From contig JBBIRK010000002.1 of assembly GCA_037441845.1 (NCBI GenBank), positions 256,001 through 320,000 of the forward strand: 64,000 bases of DNA, in the 5' to 3' direction. This DNA is from Candidatus Zixiibacteriota bacterium (GTDB lineage: Bacteria > Zixibacteria > MSB-5A5 > UBA10806 > 4484-95). Position numbers and translations under genes: made by a program. Below the pieces are notes generated by a model that had not been told where the DNA came from, did not search any database, and saw only the letters and a program-made list of their open reading frames with translations. Positions 38,066 to 47,000 of this stretch are shown here, piece by piece. The stretch's first letter is position 1, and each line of letters starts with the position of its first letter.

Positions 38066-39406
38066 CTAATTATCGACCGCAGCGGCGCGCGACGGCGACT
38101 CTGGAACGAGGACGACCACGGTGCGGTTGCGATCGGTCAGGTATTTATCTGCTACCCGCATGACATCGGCGGCGGTCACCTTGCGATAACCATCGGCCTC
38201 TTTGTAAATGTTCATATAATCTCCGGTGTCGATTTCGAAGTAGCCGACCTGCACGGCGCGATCCTCGTTGGAAACCATGCCCATGATGAATTCGGCTTCG
38301 AGCTGATTTTTCGCCTTCTGCAATTCGGTTTCGGAAATCGGTTCGGTCTGCAGGCGGTCAACCTCCTGCCAGATTTCCTTTTCGAGGGAATCCATGTTCA
38401 CGCCCGGGACTGCGCCGGCCATGACATAAAAAAGGCCGGGATGATTAAGGCGGGAGGCCTCGCCCTGGACAAACAGCGCTTTCCTCTCTTCGTAAACGAG
38501 GCGGCGGTGCAAACGCGATGATTCACCGCCGAACAGCACTCTGGCCGCCACTTTCAGAGGGAAGATATCTTCGCTTTTGCCATCGGCGATCTTGAAACCG
38601 GCGATTATGGCCGGCAGCTGGGCCAGTTTGTGGTAATAGATTCTTTTTTCGCCGCGTTGTTCGGGTTCTAACGTGCGCACCGGCGGCGGCGGAGTTTCGG
38701 GTTTCAGAGGACCGTAATATTTTTTGACCAGCTTCATGGTTTTTTCGATATCGATATCGCCGGCGATTACCAGAAAACAGTTGTTCGGAGCATAGTGGGT
38801 GCGGTAATAATCGAGGCAATTTTCGAGAGTGATCGATTGAATATCGGACAAAAACCCGATCGGCAGCCAGCGGTAGGGATGAGCGACATAAGCGTTGTTG
38901 TAAAGCTGTTCATACAGCGCGCCGAACGGGGAATTTTCGTAGCGCATCAATCTTTCGTTGATCACCACGTTGCGTTCGGTGGTAAGGTTTTGTTGGTTTA
39001 TCTGCAGGTTGCGCGAACGATCGGCTTCGAGATCGATCGCTACTTCCAGCTTTTCGGAGGGCATGACCTCGTAGTAGGTGGTGTTATCGAAAGAGGTCCA
39101 GGCGTTGTTGATACCGCCGTTGCCCATCACCAGCCGATCGAATTTCTCCTTGGGGTATTTCTTGGTTCCTTTGAACATCATATGTTCGAACAGGTGGGAA
39201 ATACCCGTAATTCCGGGTCGTTCGTCTTTGGAGCCGCATCTATACCAGGCCTGGACCGTTACTGTCGGACATGAGTTGTCCTGCAGAAGCAGCACCATCA
39301 GGCCGTTGTCGAGCCGGCGTTTTTCGATCGGGAAATTCAATTCGCCGGCCGTCGCCGAGGCGCCGATCAAAAGCACCATCAACAACGACCATTTCCGTAA
39401 ACGCAT
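38066..39406 (-). CDS. M16B zinc peptidase, catalytic subunit, secreted
   Basis: GISHLFEHMMFKGT, NAWT..D.T.YY, ER.VV.NER; signal peptide; GGAGG RBS. Confidence 0.93.
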   Translation of the reverse strand: MRLRKWSLLMVLLIGASATAGELNFPIEKRRLDNGLMVLLLQDNSCPTVTVQAWYRCGSKDERPGITGISHLFEHMMFKGTKKYPKEKFDRLVMGNGGINNAWTSFDNTTYYEVMPSEKLEVAIDLEADRSRNLQINQQNLTTERNVVINERLMRYENSPFGALYEQLYNNAYVAHPYRWLPIGFLSDIQSITLENCLDYYRTHYAPNNCFLVIAGDIDIEKTMKLVKKYYGPLKPETPPPPVRTLEPEQRGEKRIYYHKLAQLPAIIAGFKIADGKSEDIFPLKVAARVLFGGESSRLHRRLVYEERKALFVQGEASRLNHPGLFYVMAGAVPGVNMDSLEKEIWQEVDRLQTEPISETELQKAKNQLEAEFIMGMVSNEDRAVQVGYFEIDTGDYMNIYKEADGYRKVTAADVMRVADKYLTDRNRTVVVLVPESPSRAAAVDN

Positions 39407-39421
39407 GTTCACCTCCGCTAT

Positions 39422-41827
39422 TTATTTTATGTTTATTTCAAACGGCATTCTGTAAAACGCAAATTCGCCATCGGCCAGCGAGAGATGGATAGGCAGGGCC
39501 AATCTGGAGATGCCGAGGGCGGTCAGATCGCTTTCGAGAGATCCCACTCCGAAGGACAAGCGAAATCCATAGCGCGGATAGATGTCGTATTCTATCGGTT
39601 GTCCGGGATGGGGTCGAGCCAGCGACTCGGCCAGTTTCAGGGCGTCGAGCAAGCCTCCCTCTCGGCCGGCCAGGCCGGCTGAGACAGCATCTCGACCGGA
39701 CCAGACTCTTCCCTGTCCGAGAGAATCGACGCGTTCAGGAGTCATGCCACGCCATCGGGAGACCTTGGCGATGAACTCATCGTAAAGCCAATTTATTTCG
39801 CTTAACACCAATTCGCGTTCGTCATCTTCGAGCTTTCGCCATGAGGAACGGATATCGGCGTGTCGGCCTCGTTTTATGATCGTTTTATTCGCTCCGATTT
39901 TTCGATAAAGGCCGCGATCGACGAGTTTGCCGACGACCACACCTATGGAGCCGGTGATACACGGCGAGGGGACGATAATCTCATCGCCGATGCAGCCGAT
40001 ATAATATCCACCCGAAGCGCAAACATCGGCCATCGAGACTACAAGCGGCTTTTTCCCTTTCAGCTTTTCCAATTGGTGGTAGATGGCATCGGCGGTTTCG
40101 ACTTCGCCGCCCGGGGAATCTATGCGGAGCACGATGGCACCCACACGTTTGTCATCGGCGGCGGCTTTTACGGCCTTCGCTATTGTTTCCTGACCCATGG
40201 TATTGCCGAACAAGGGGCTTTGTTTATTTTCGCGGCCGGTCATTTCGCCGGTGGCGTTGATTACGGCGATGCGCATGGGGTCGCCCCAGTAGTTTGTCGC
40301 GCGCGGTGGTTCGGGGCGGCCGATCAAGTCGACGATGCCGGAGTTTCGGCCGAAATACCTGGCTTTATTTTCGGTCAGTTCATCGGGATAGATCAAGCCC
40401 GAGACAAGACCCTGATTCAACGCTCGTTCGGCGCCATAAGGGCCGTTGTCGATTATTTCGCGGACGCGGTCTTCGGTCAGGCCTCGGCCGGCGGCGATAT
40501 CGGTGATCATGATATCGAAGAAATCATCGAGGAGGGCGTTTATCTGGATGCTGTCGCCTTCGGAAATATCCTCACGGGTAAGAATTTCGCCGGCGGTTTT
40601 GAATTTGCCGGTGCTCATGAATTCGGCCTCGAGGCCGAGCTTGTCGAGCGTGCCTTTCAGGTGAAGCAGTTCGGCGCGCAATCCACATAGTTCGAGCGCG
40701 GCGACCGGCGGCATGTAGATTTCATCGGCCACCGAGGCGATATAGTATTCTTTATTGCCGGCGGAATGCAAATAGGCGATCAGTTTGCGTCCCGATTTTT
40801 TGAATTCGGCGAGGGCGCGACGTAATTCCCAGGCGGAGGCGAAACCGAGCGGAAAGGATTCGATATCGAGTAGAAGCGAACCTATTTTTTTATCGGCGGA
40901 AGCCTCCCTCAGCGTCTGCAGCGTCTCCAAAAATGAGATCGGCCGCGGACCGAACAGCTTCTTCCCTCTGGGTTCATGGTAAAGATTGCGGTTTATTTTA
41001 AGGCGTCCGATTTTACGGTGATATGGAAGGGTTCTGGAACTTGCCACCGGCCCCTGATTGTAGTAGATGGTTCCGCCGGTGAAATCGCTTTCGTGGAAAC
41101 CGGAGCTGAAGCCGACCGAAGATTGTTCGATTGCGAAGGTGATTCCGGCCTGGACCATGCCGTCGGTTCGGTATAGGGCGGCCAAGCTGACACCCGCTTT
41201 CGGCGCCGCCTCTATCTTGAGACTGAATCGCGTCTTTTCGAGAGGGAAATTTTCCCGCAGGCTCGCATCGGAACTCAGGGTTAATTTTTCGCCGAACGGA
41301 CGCAAACCGAGCCCGAGAGTGTACAGACGTTCCAACCGCTGGAAATCGATAATCGGCCGATTGATATCATCGACCACCAACCCCAAAGAAAGCACCGGCA
41401 GGGGTCGATATAGAACTCCGCTTTTCCAGACCCGTTTATTGCGGTAACTTTCGCTTTTGCCGCCGAACCAGGAGTAGGAAATTCCCCAATAAAAATCGGG
41501 GAACATGCGGGCGCCGCTGGCAAGGACGTACTTGCGCCGGAAAATTCCATTGGAATGTTTGAGCCACTGAGCGGAAACCAAAAGCCCGCGCATGCCGAAA
41601 ATGAAGCCGTCGTCGCCTTTTAATGTCGAATCGGGAAAGGCGTGGAGGTAGCGGAATCCGATCACGTATTCGGGAGCCAGCGCGGCAGGATTGATCAGGC
41701 CCGCGGAAATATCGTTCACGGTCGCCACCGATTGGGGGTAAATATCGATTTCAGCATCGGGCTGGGCCGATAGAGACGTCGGGATGATCAGGCAAGAGAA
41801 GAGCAATAAGGCGGCAATAAACCTCAC
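39422..41827 (-). CDS. sppA: SppA (S49, two-domain) fused to N-terminal putative beta-barrel
   Basis: LRIDSPGG, SMADVCASGGY, ITGSIGV, GQGRVWSG..A, GKFKTAGE. The first ~260 aa have a signal peptide, NPAAL and amphipathic strands. Confidence 0.85.
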   Translation of the reverse strand: MRFIAALLLFSCLIIPTSLSAQPDAEIDIYPQSVATVNDISAGLINPAALAPEYVIGFRYLHAFPDSTLKGDDGFIFGMRGLLVSAQWLKHSNGIFRRKYVLASGARMFPDFYWGISYSWFGGKSESYRNKRVWKSGVLYRPLPVLSLGLVVDDINRPIIDFQRLERLYTLGLGLRPFGEKLTLSSDASLRENFPLEKTRFSLKIEAAPKAGVSLAALYRTDGMVQAGITFAIEQSSVGFSSGFHESDFTGGTIYYNQGPVASSRTLPYHRKIGRLKINRNLYHEPRGKKLFGPRPISFLETLQTLREASADKKIGSLLLDIESFPLGFASAWELRRALAEFKKSGRKLIAYLHSAGNKEYYIASVADEIYMPPVAALELCGLRAELLHLKGTLDKLGLEAEFMSTGKFKTAGEILTREDISEGDSIQINALLDDFFDIMITDIAAGRGLTEDRVREIIDNGPYGAERALNQGLVSGLIYPDELTENKARYFGRNSGIVDLIGRPEPPRATNYWGDPMRIAVINATGEMTGRENKQSPLFGNTMGQETIAKAVKAAADDKRVGAIVLRIDSPGGEVETADAIYHQLEKLKGKKPLVVSMADVCASGGYYIGCIGDEIIVPSPCITGSIGVVVGKLVDRGLYRKIGANKTIIKRGRHADIRSSWRKLEDDERELVLSEINWLYDEFIAKVSRWRGMTPERVDSLGQGRVWSGRDAVSAGLAGREGGLLDALKLAESLARPHPGQPIEYDIYPRYGFRLSFGVGSLESDLTALGISRLALPIHLSLADGEFAFYRMPFEINIK

Positions 41828-41899
41828 CGAAAAACCTCCTTCAAGTATTTCGACGCATTGGCTGCAAGTTACGGCGGCGACATTGCTGGGTCAACAGCT

Positions 41900-43039
41900 T
41901 TATCGACCGGATAGATTTATTTCGCCGATGCCATCGACGGTGATTTCGATTAAAGATCGACCGTCTCCGATGATTCCCTCAAGATGATTCCGGTCCAGTG
42001 AGATCGGTTTTATGGGGAAGCCACGGGTATGGATTCTGCCTCCCCGATCGACCGCCAAGGAAACCTTGGCGGAAACGTTCTGGGGTAAAGTTACATTGAT
42101 ATTGCTGTAAGTGTTGTTAATCGAAAGCTGGGCATCGTCGAGGGAGGCGATATCGACATCGATGGTCGAGTATTTGGTTTCGATATAGTTTTCGCCGCGG
42201 GATAGATTAAGGCGGCGAAGATCAATGGTGTTGTAGCTGGTTTCGCAGATCAATTCGCCTTTTACATCTGCGGAACTGATGCTGCCGTAGCTGGTGCGCA
42301 AAATGACGTCGCCGTCTCCGGCGTCGACCCGGAAAATCTTGATGTCGTTGTAACTGGTGTTGACCTCTATTGATCCCTTGATATTCCTCAATTCGACCGG
42401 GGCGTAAGAGGTGGAGAAGGAACCGCGGGCGCCGCGCAATTCGATATCGGAGGCTTCGATTCCGGAAAAGCCGGCCTCGATATTGATCGTGCCGACGATT
42501 CGCGATAACTCGATTTTCGAATAAGAGGTGTTAATATCGACCTGGCCGTTGACCTCGCTGACCGAGACATCGCCGTATTCGTTGCCGATAAAGGCGCCGC
42601 TTAAAGGCCCGGTCAATTTGACCGTGCTGAACGAGCTTTTCGAATCAACTAGGAAATTCAGCGGCACGTTCACGAGGAGTTTGACTCCGACGCCTTGATT
42701 GGTGCCCTCCCAGGGGGCCTTTGCGGGAGTGAGCACCCGCAGGCGCAGACCATCGGGAAGACGGGCTTCATCATCGAGTCTGATATCGATCAACTCGGAG
42801 TAACCTCGGCAGTCTCCGGATCCGGCTTTGCACCAGGTTTCGAATTCGACGCTGACGGTCGATTGGGAACGGGCGCGGACGATTATTTCGCAACTGAGAT
42901 TTCCCGGGGTGCGGATTTCGAGGGCGGTTTTGCCGCCGGCGGGTATGTCGATATTGCCGTTTTCTATGATCGTTTTCTGGGCCGATGCGGCGGCGACCAG
43001 CAATATGGTCAAGAATATTATTCGCAACGATTCGTTCAT
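41900..43039 (-). CDS. DUF4097-like beta-strand repeat (adhesin-like) secreted protein
   Basis: Signal peptide; repeated (T/N)SY(G/S/N).I.(I/L) units. Confidence 0.75.
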   Translation of the reverse strand: MNESLRIIFLTILLVAAASAQKTIIENGNIDIPAGGKTALEIRTPGNLSCEIIVRARSQSTVSVEFETWCKAGSGDCRGYSELIDIRLDDEARLPDGLRLRVLTPAKAPWEGTNQGVGVKLLVNVPLNFLVDSKSSFSTVKLTGPLSGAFIGNEYGDVSVSEVNGQVDINTSYSKIELSRIVGTINIEAGFSGIEASDIELRGARGSFSTSYAPVELRNIKGSIEVNTSYNDIKIFRVDAGDGDVILRTSYGSISSADVKGELICETSYNTIDLRRLNLSRGENYIETKYSTIDVDIASLDDAQLSINNTYSNINVTLPQNVSAKVSLAVDRGGRIHTRGFPIKPISLDRNHLEGIIGDGRSLIEITVDGIGEINLSGR

Positions 43040-43079
43040 CGGTTTTATCCGCTCCGTTATGGTATACGGATGTCGAAAA

Positions 43080-44024
43080 TCAACGGTTTCGCTTATTTAC
43101 CCCTATTTCGGGATCGTAAACGAAACGCACCAGCGTCCTACCCACTTCCCCGAGACTCGATTCGGAGCATTTGTCCGGGGTATCGGCGAGAGTATGCCAG
43201 AAAGGATAATCCATGTCAATAATATCTATGGCGGGGAAACCGGCCTGCAGAAACGGGACGTGGTCATCGAGGACGGTGTGTTTGACATCATCGAAAAAAT
43301 GAGCGGCGTTTTCGATCTTAGCGGCTTTCCAGAATTTATCGACGAGCCATCGCGCGTGCGTATTCGAATAATATTCGCGGTGAATTTGCAAATCGCTGTC
43401 GCCGATCATGTCGAGAAGAATCACCGCGGAGGGCCTATAACCGCCTATATTCCGAACGAAGTATTTACTGCCGAGCAACCAACCTTCAGGGTAGTCGTCG
43501 CGTCCATAGTCTTCACCATCGAAAAACACGATATCGACGCCTATCGGGGGCCTATGGAATTTCATGATTTCGGCCATGACCAGCAGGACCGCCACGCCCG
43601 AGGCGGCATCATTGGCACCGAGCACGGGCTGTCGGTGCAGAGACGTATCGGACTCTTTGTCGGCCCGGGGGCGGCAGTCCCAGTGGGCGCAGAAAAGGAT
43701 TCTGGTTTTATGTTCGGGGTTGAACGAGGCGATCAGGTTGGTCAAGCGAAGCGTATCGTTTTTCTTGTTATCGATATGAATAAATTGCTGCCGACGGCAG
43801 ATCGGCGTTGTTTCTTGTAGCTTTTGCAGAAGGTATTCGCGGCATCGGTCATGCGCCGGGCTGTTGGGTGTGCGGGGACCGAAAGCGCATTGTTGTTCGA
43901 TATATTCGAAGGCGCGTTTAGAATCGAACGAAGGCAGCCGAGGATGCGAACAGGCAAGCGGAAAAGCGGCCAGCGCAAGGAATACCGCGGCTGCGACCGC
44001 GCTTAAAATCTTAATTCGGTCCAT
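43080..44024 (-). CDS. M28-family lipoprotein, probable glutaminyl cyclase
   Basis: Lipobox LAC; Q..FGPR.PN, AHWD.RP.AD, GANDAASG, FFDGEDYG, LLDMIG, DDH.PF, WHT.AD. Confidence 0.85.
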   Translation of the reverse strand: MDRIKILSAVAAAVFLALAAFPLACSHPRLPSFDSKRAFEYIEQQCAFGPRTPNSPAHDRCREYLLQKLQETTPICRRQQFIHIDNKKNDTLRLTNLIASFNPEHKTRILFCAHWDCRPRADKESDTSLHRQPVLGANDAASGVAVLLVMAEIMKFHRPPIGVDIVFFDGEDYGRDDYPEGWLLGSKYFVRNIGGYRPSAVILLDMIGDSDLQIHREYYSNTHARWLVDKFWKAAKIENAAHFFDDVKHTVLDDHVPFLQAGFPAIDIIDMDYPFWHTLADTPDKCSESSLGEVGRTLVRFVYDPEIGVNKRNR

Positions 44025-47000
44025 ATACCGAGCTCGCGGATGTGCCTTTTGCGTTGCTGGATTTTGTCGTTGGAATCGACCCAGCGGGCCTGGAGACCGC
44101 CGGTGATTTTGGCGGAGAAGCGATAAGATGCTTTGGGTTCGACGCTGGTTTCCACACGATCGGATTCGACCGTTTTCAGGGCATTTTGAATCGACCAATT
44201 TTTATTGAATCGTTTGTTATAGTCGAGCGAAAGAGTCAATTGGCTTTCGAATTTCAGTTTGCCGAATATCGGGATATTGATTCCCCGTGGAGCGGTGAGC
44301 GAATACCCGAGGGATATTCTTATGGTGCGATCCTGCGAATAGCTGGTACGTTGATTGATCCCCTCGCTGCGAAGGTTCTCCGATTTTCTCTTGTTGAAGT
44401 CGTAGCGGGCGGTGATACGAACTTCCTTGGGGAGAGTGGCATTGACCGCCAACAGCGGCGTATAGGAATCGGCGACGTTGCGGCTGTATTTCTGGTCGGT
44501 ATCGGCATGACCGGATTTATCGATTTTACGGGCGTAATTCGACTGCATGGTGGCGGTTTTGGCGAATTTTTTGAACAGAGGGAACTTTTCGACGCCCGAG
44601 ATATTGACATCGATTCTCGGGAAATCGAGCGAGGTGTTTTTGACCGGGTCGGTGGTGGTTCGGGTTATGCCGACCCGGAATTTATAGGAAACTCCGATAT
44701 CGACACCGGTTAAGGGAGCCAGTCCCGATCCGATCGAATAATCCTGGTTGTAGATTTTTTGTTCGCGCGTTCCCAGGCCGATTACGGTGTTTTTGGGAAC
44801 GCCCGGGTCATCGGCGAAACCGAGCGTATACTTCCAATCAGGTCTTCTATAGAGGCCGGATTGGTTCATTTTTTTATCGAAAGTGTAGCCCAAAGTCAGC
44901 GGTTTTATGGAGCGGATGGTGTTCAGGGCCGGTTTGAAAATTTTGAGTGGATTGGGCAATTTGAACGGTTTGCCGGGCTTTTTCTTTTCGGGACTGAATT
45001 CTTCGGCCTCTTCCTGCTCGCCCTGCTCTTTGTCGTTTTTCTCGCCCGGCGCGGCTTTGGGCGCAGCTGGGGCTTTGCCCGCACCACGCTTTTTCAGGCC
45101 GAGAATGTCGAAAATGTCGAGGCTCAAGTCGCCCCGCAATGTGGCCCCCACTTGAGAAGTTTTCGTAGTGTCGATACTGCGGGCGAAATCGGAATTGTCG
45201 GAGTAATTGGAATTGTACTGGAATCTGGGCGCAATCTTGCTGGTAAGCCGCGGCGAAAAGGAGACATCGAAACGTTGGCTGAAGGTTCTTTCGCGGCCGA
45301 GTTTGATGTCGCGTGGATCGTAGGCGAATTTGAGGGTGGCCGGATCGCTTATATCGCGATTGCTGGTCATGGAGAAGCTGGTTTTCAGACTGCTGAACAA
45401 ATCGAAACCGTAATTTTGCGTAAGCGCGAGGTCACGCACATAGGAGGAGGTTCGGATTCCCCGCTGGTTGACGGAAAAACTTCGGGTGCTGTTGACCGTG
45501 CCGTCGAATTTCAAAGTGGTCGGCAGAAAAGACAACTGCGCCGAATGGATACCCGAGGGCATAAAGAGATATTTGGTCCAGTAAAAAGGTTTTATGGTCG
45601 GGCGCGACCGGGGAGCAAGATCGTAAGAGCCGGTGGCGTTGTAAGTGGTAGTGCGGCTCAAGGGCGTGGTGGGATTCAGGCTGGATTGTTTTCCATAGGT
45701 GCCGCCGATGGTGAATCTGTTCAGGGTCCAGGCCCAGAGCCAATTGTTGGTATTGCGGCGGAATTGCTCTCTGGCGGAAACCGACCACGAGCGGCTCTCC
45801 GATTTATAAAATTCCCGCAGGTCTGCCGGGAGAATAATATCCGAGCTGGGCATTAGGCGCGGCAGCTGGCGGCTTTGCTGCCAGTTGTAAGTTATGGGCA
45901 ATTTCAATTGCCATGACGGCGGGGCGATTTTATCGACATTGATGGTGGCGCTGACCGATTGAGTTGTCGAAAGCGAACCGCCCGGCTTTTTGTCGAGCAA
46001 TCTGACATAATCGGCGCCCTGGCGGTTGTAGTTGGCGTTGATATTCACGAAATCAGCCAGGCCGACCGTGATACCGAGCCTTCCGGCGAAATCGGAATTG
46101 CGTCGGACGCCGGTGACGCGCAATTCATCGCACCAGACTTCGCCCGATACGGTCTGCGTATCCGCGACCAGACTGTCGTTGTAAACCCCGATTACGAAGC
46201 AGCGGATGCTCGAAAGGCTCGGATTTCCTTTTACCAGATAGGGCCCTTCCTGATAGGCGATCGAATCGGGATGGTCGGCCGGACGCCGCGTTTTGAGAGC
46301 GGTCAATTCGGCGAAATCGATATCGACATGGTTGCCGTCAGCCCAGCCATCGGACAACACCGTTTGATATTCGTAGTAATTGTTGCGGGAAGTGTCCACT
46401 CCCATCCGGAAAAAGAATTTCAGACGTCCGCCATCCGCGGAGTTATCGCCGTGTACGAACATTTTCATGCTCGAATAAAGGGTATAGTCCTCGGGCTGAT
46501 AAAGATACCAGTAGGCGCGCACGCTTTGGCCGGGGCTCAGATTTTCGTAGCGTAGGACCAGGGATTGTTCCTTTTCGACGACGCCCGTTTCGCGATTGGA
46601 TTGGGCGATTACTCCAGGCGGCGAGGTATAGCCGATATTTTCCTGAGTGTTCTTGACGGTAACCTCGAACGTTATGTTCGATTCTTCCGGACGCAGGGGA
46701 GCTTTGCGCCATTTGTTGCCGACTAGTTGTATCGAGGCGAGTTTGAGCAGATACTGCTGCGATGCTCCCGAAATCCACAATCTGACGAATTTGATCTGCG
46801 AGAAATCACTCAGATTGGCGTTGCCGACCGAGGTGAACGCGGTGCTGTCCTGCAGAGGAATACGCAGCAATTTCCAGCCGGTTCGGGTGGAATCGGCGAT
46901 TACGGTGTCGGGTTCCAAGAGGTTCACCGTATAGGAGAAGTAGGAATTCACCAGATCGGTGTAGGTATTGTTGTTGATATCCTCGGTGTCGAAACGATTG

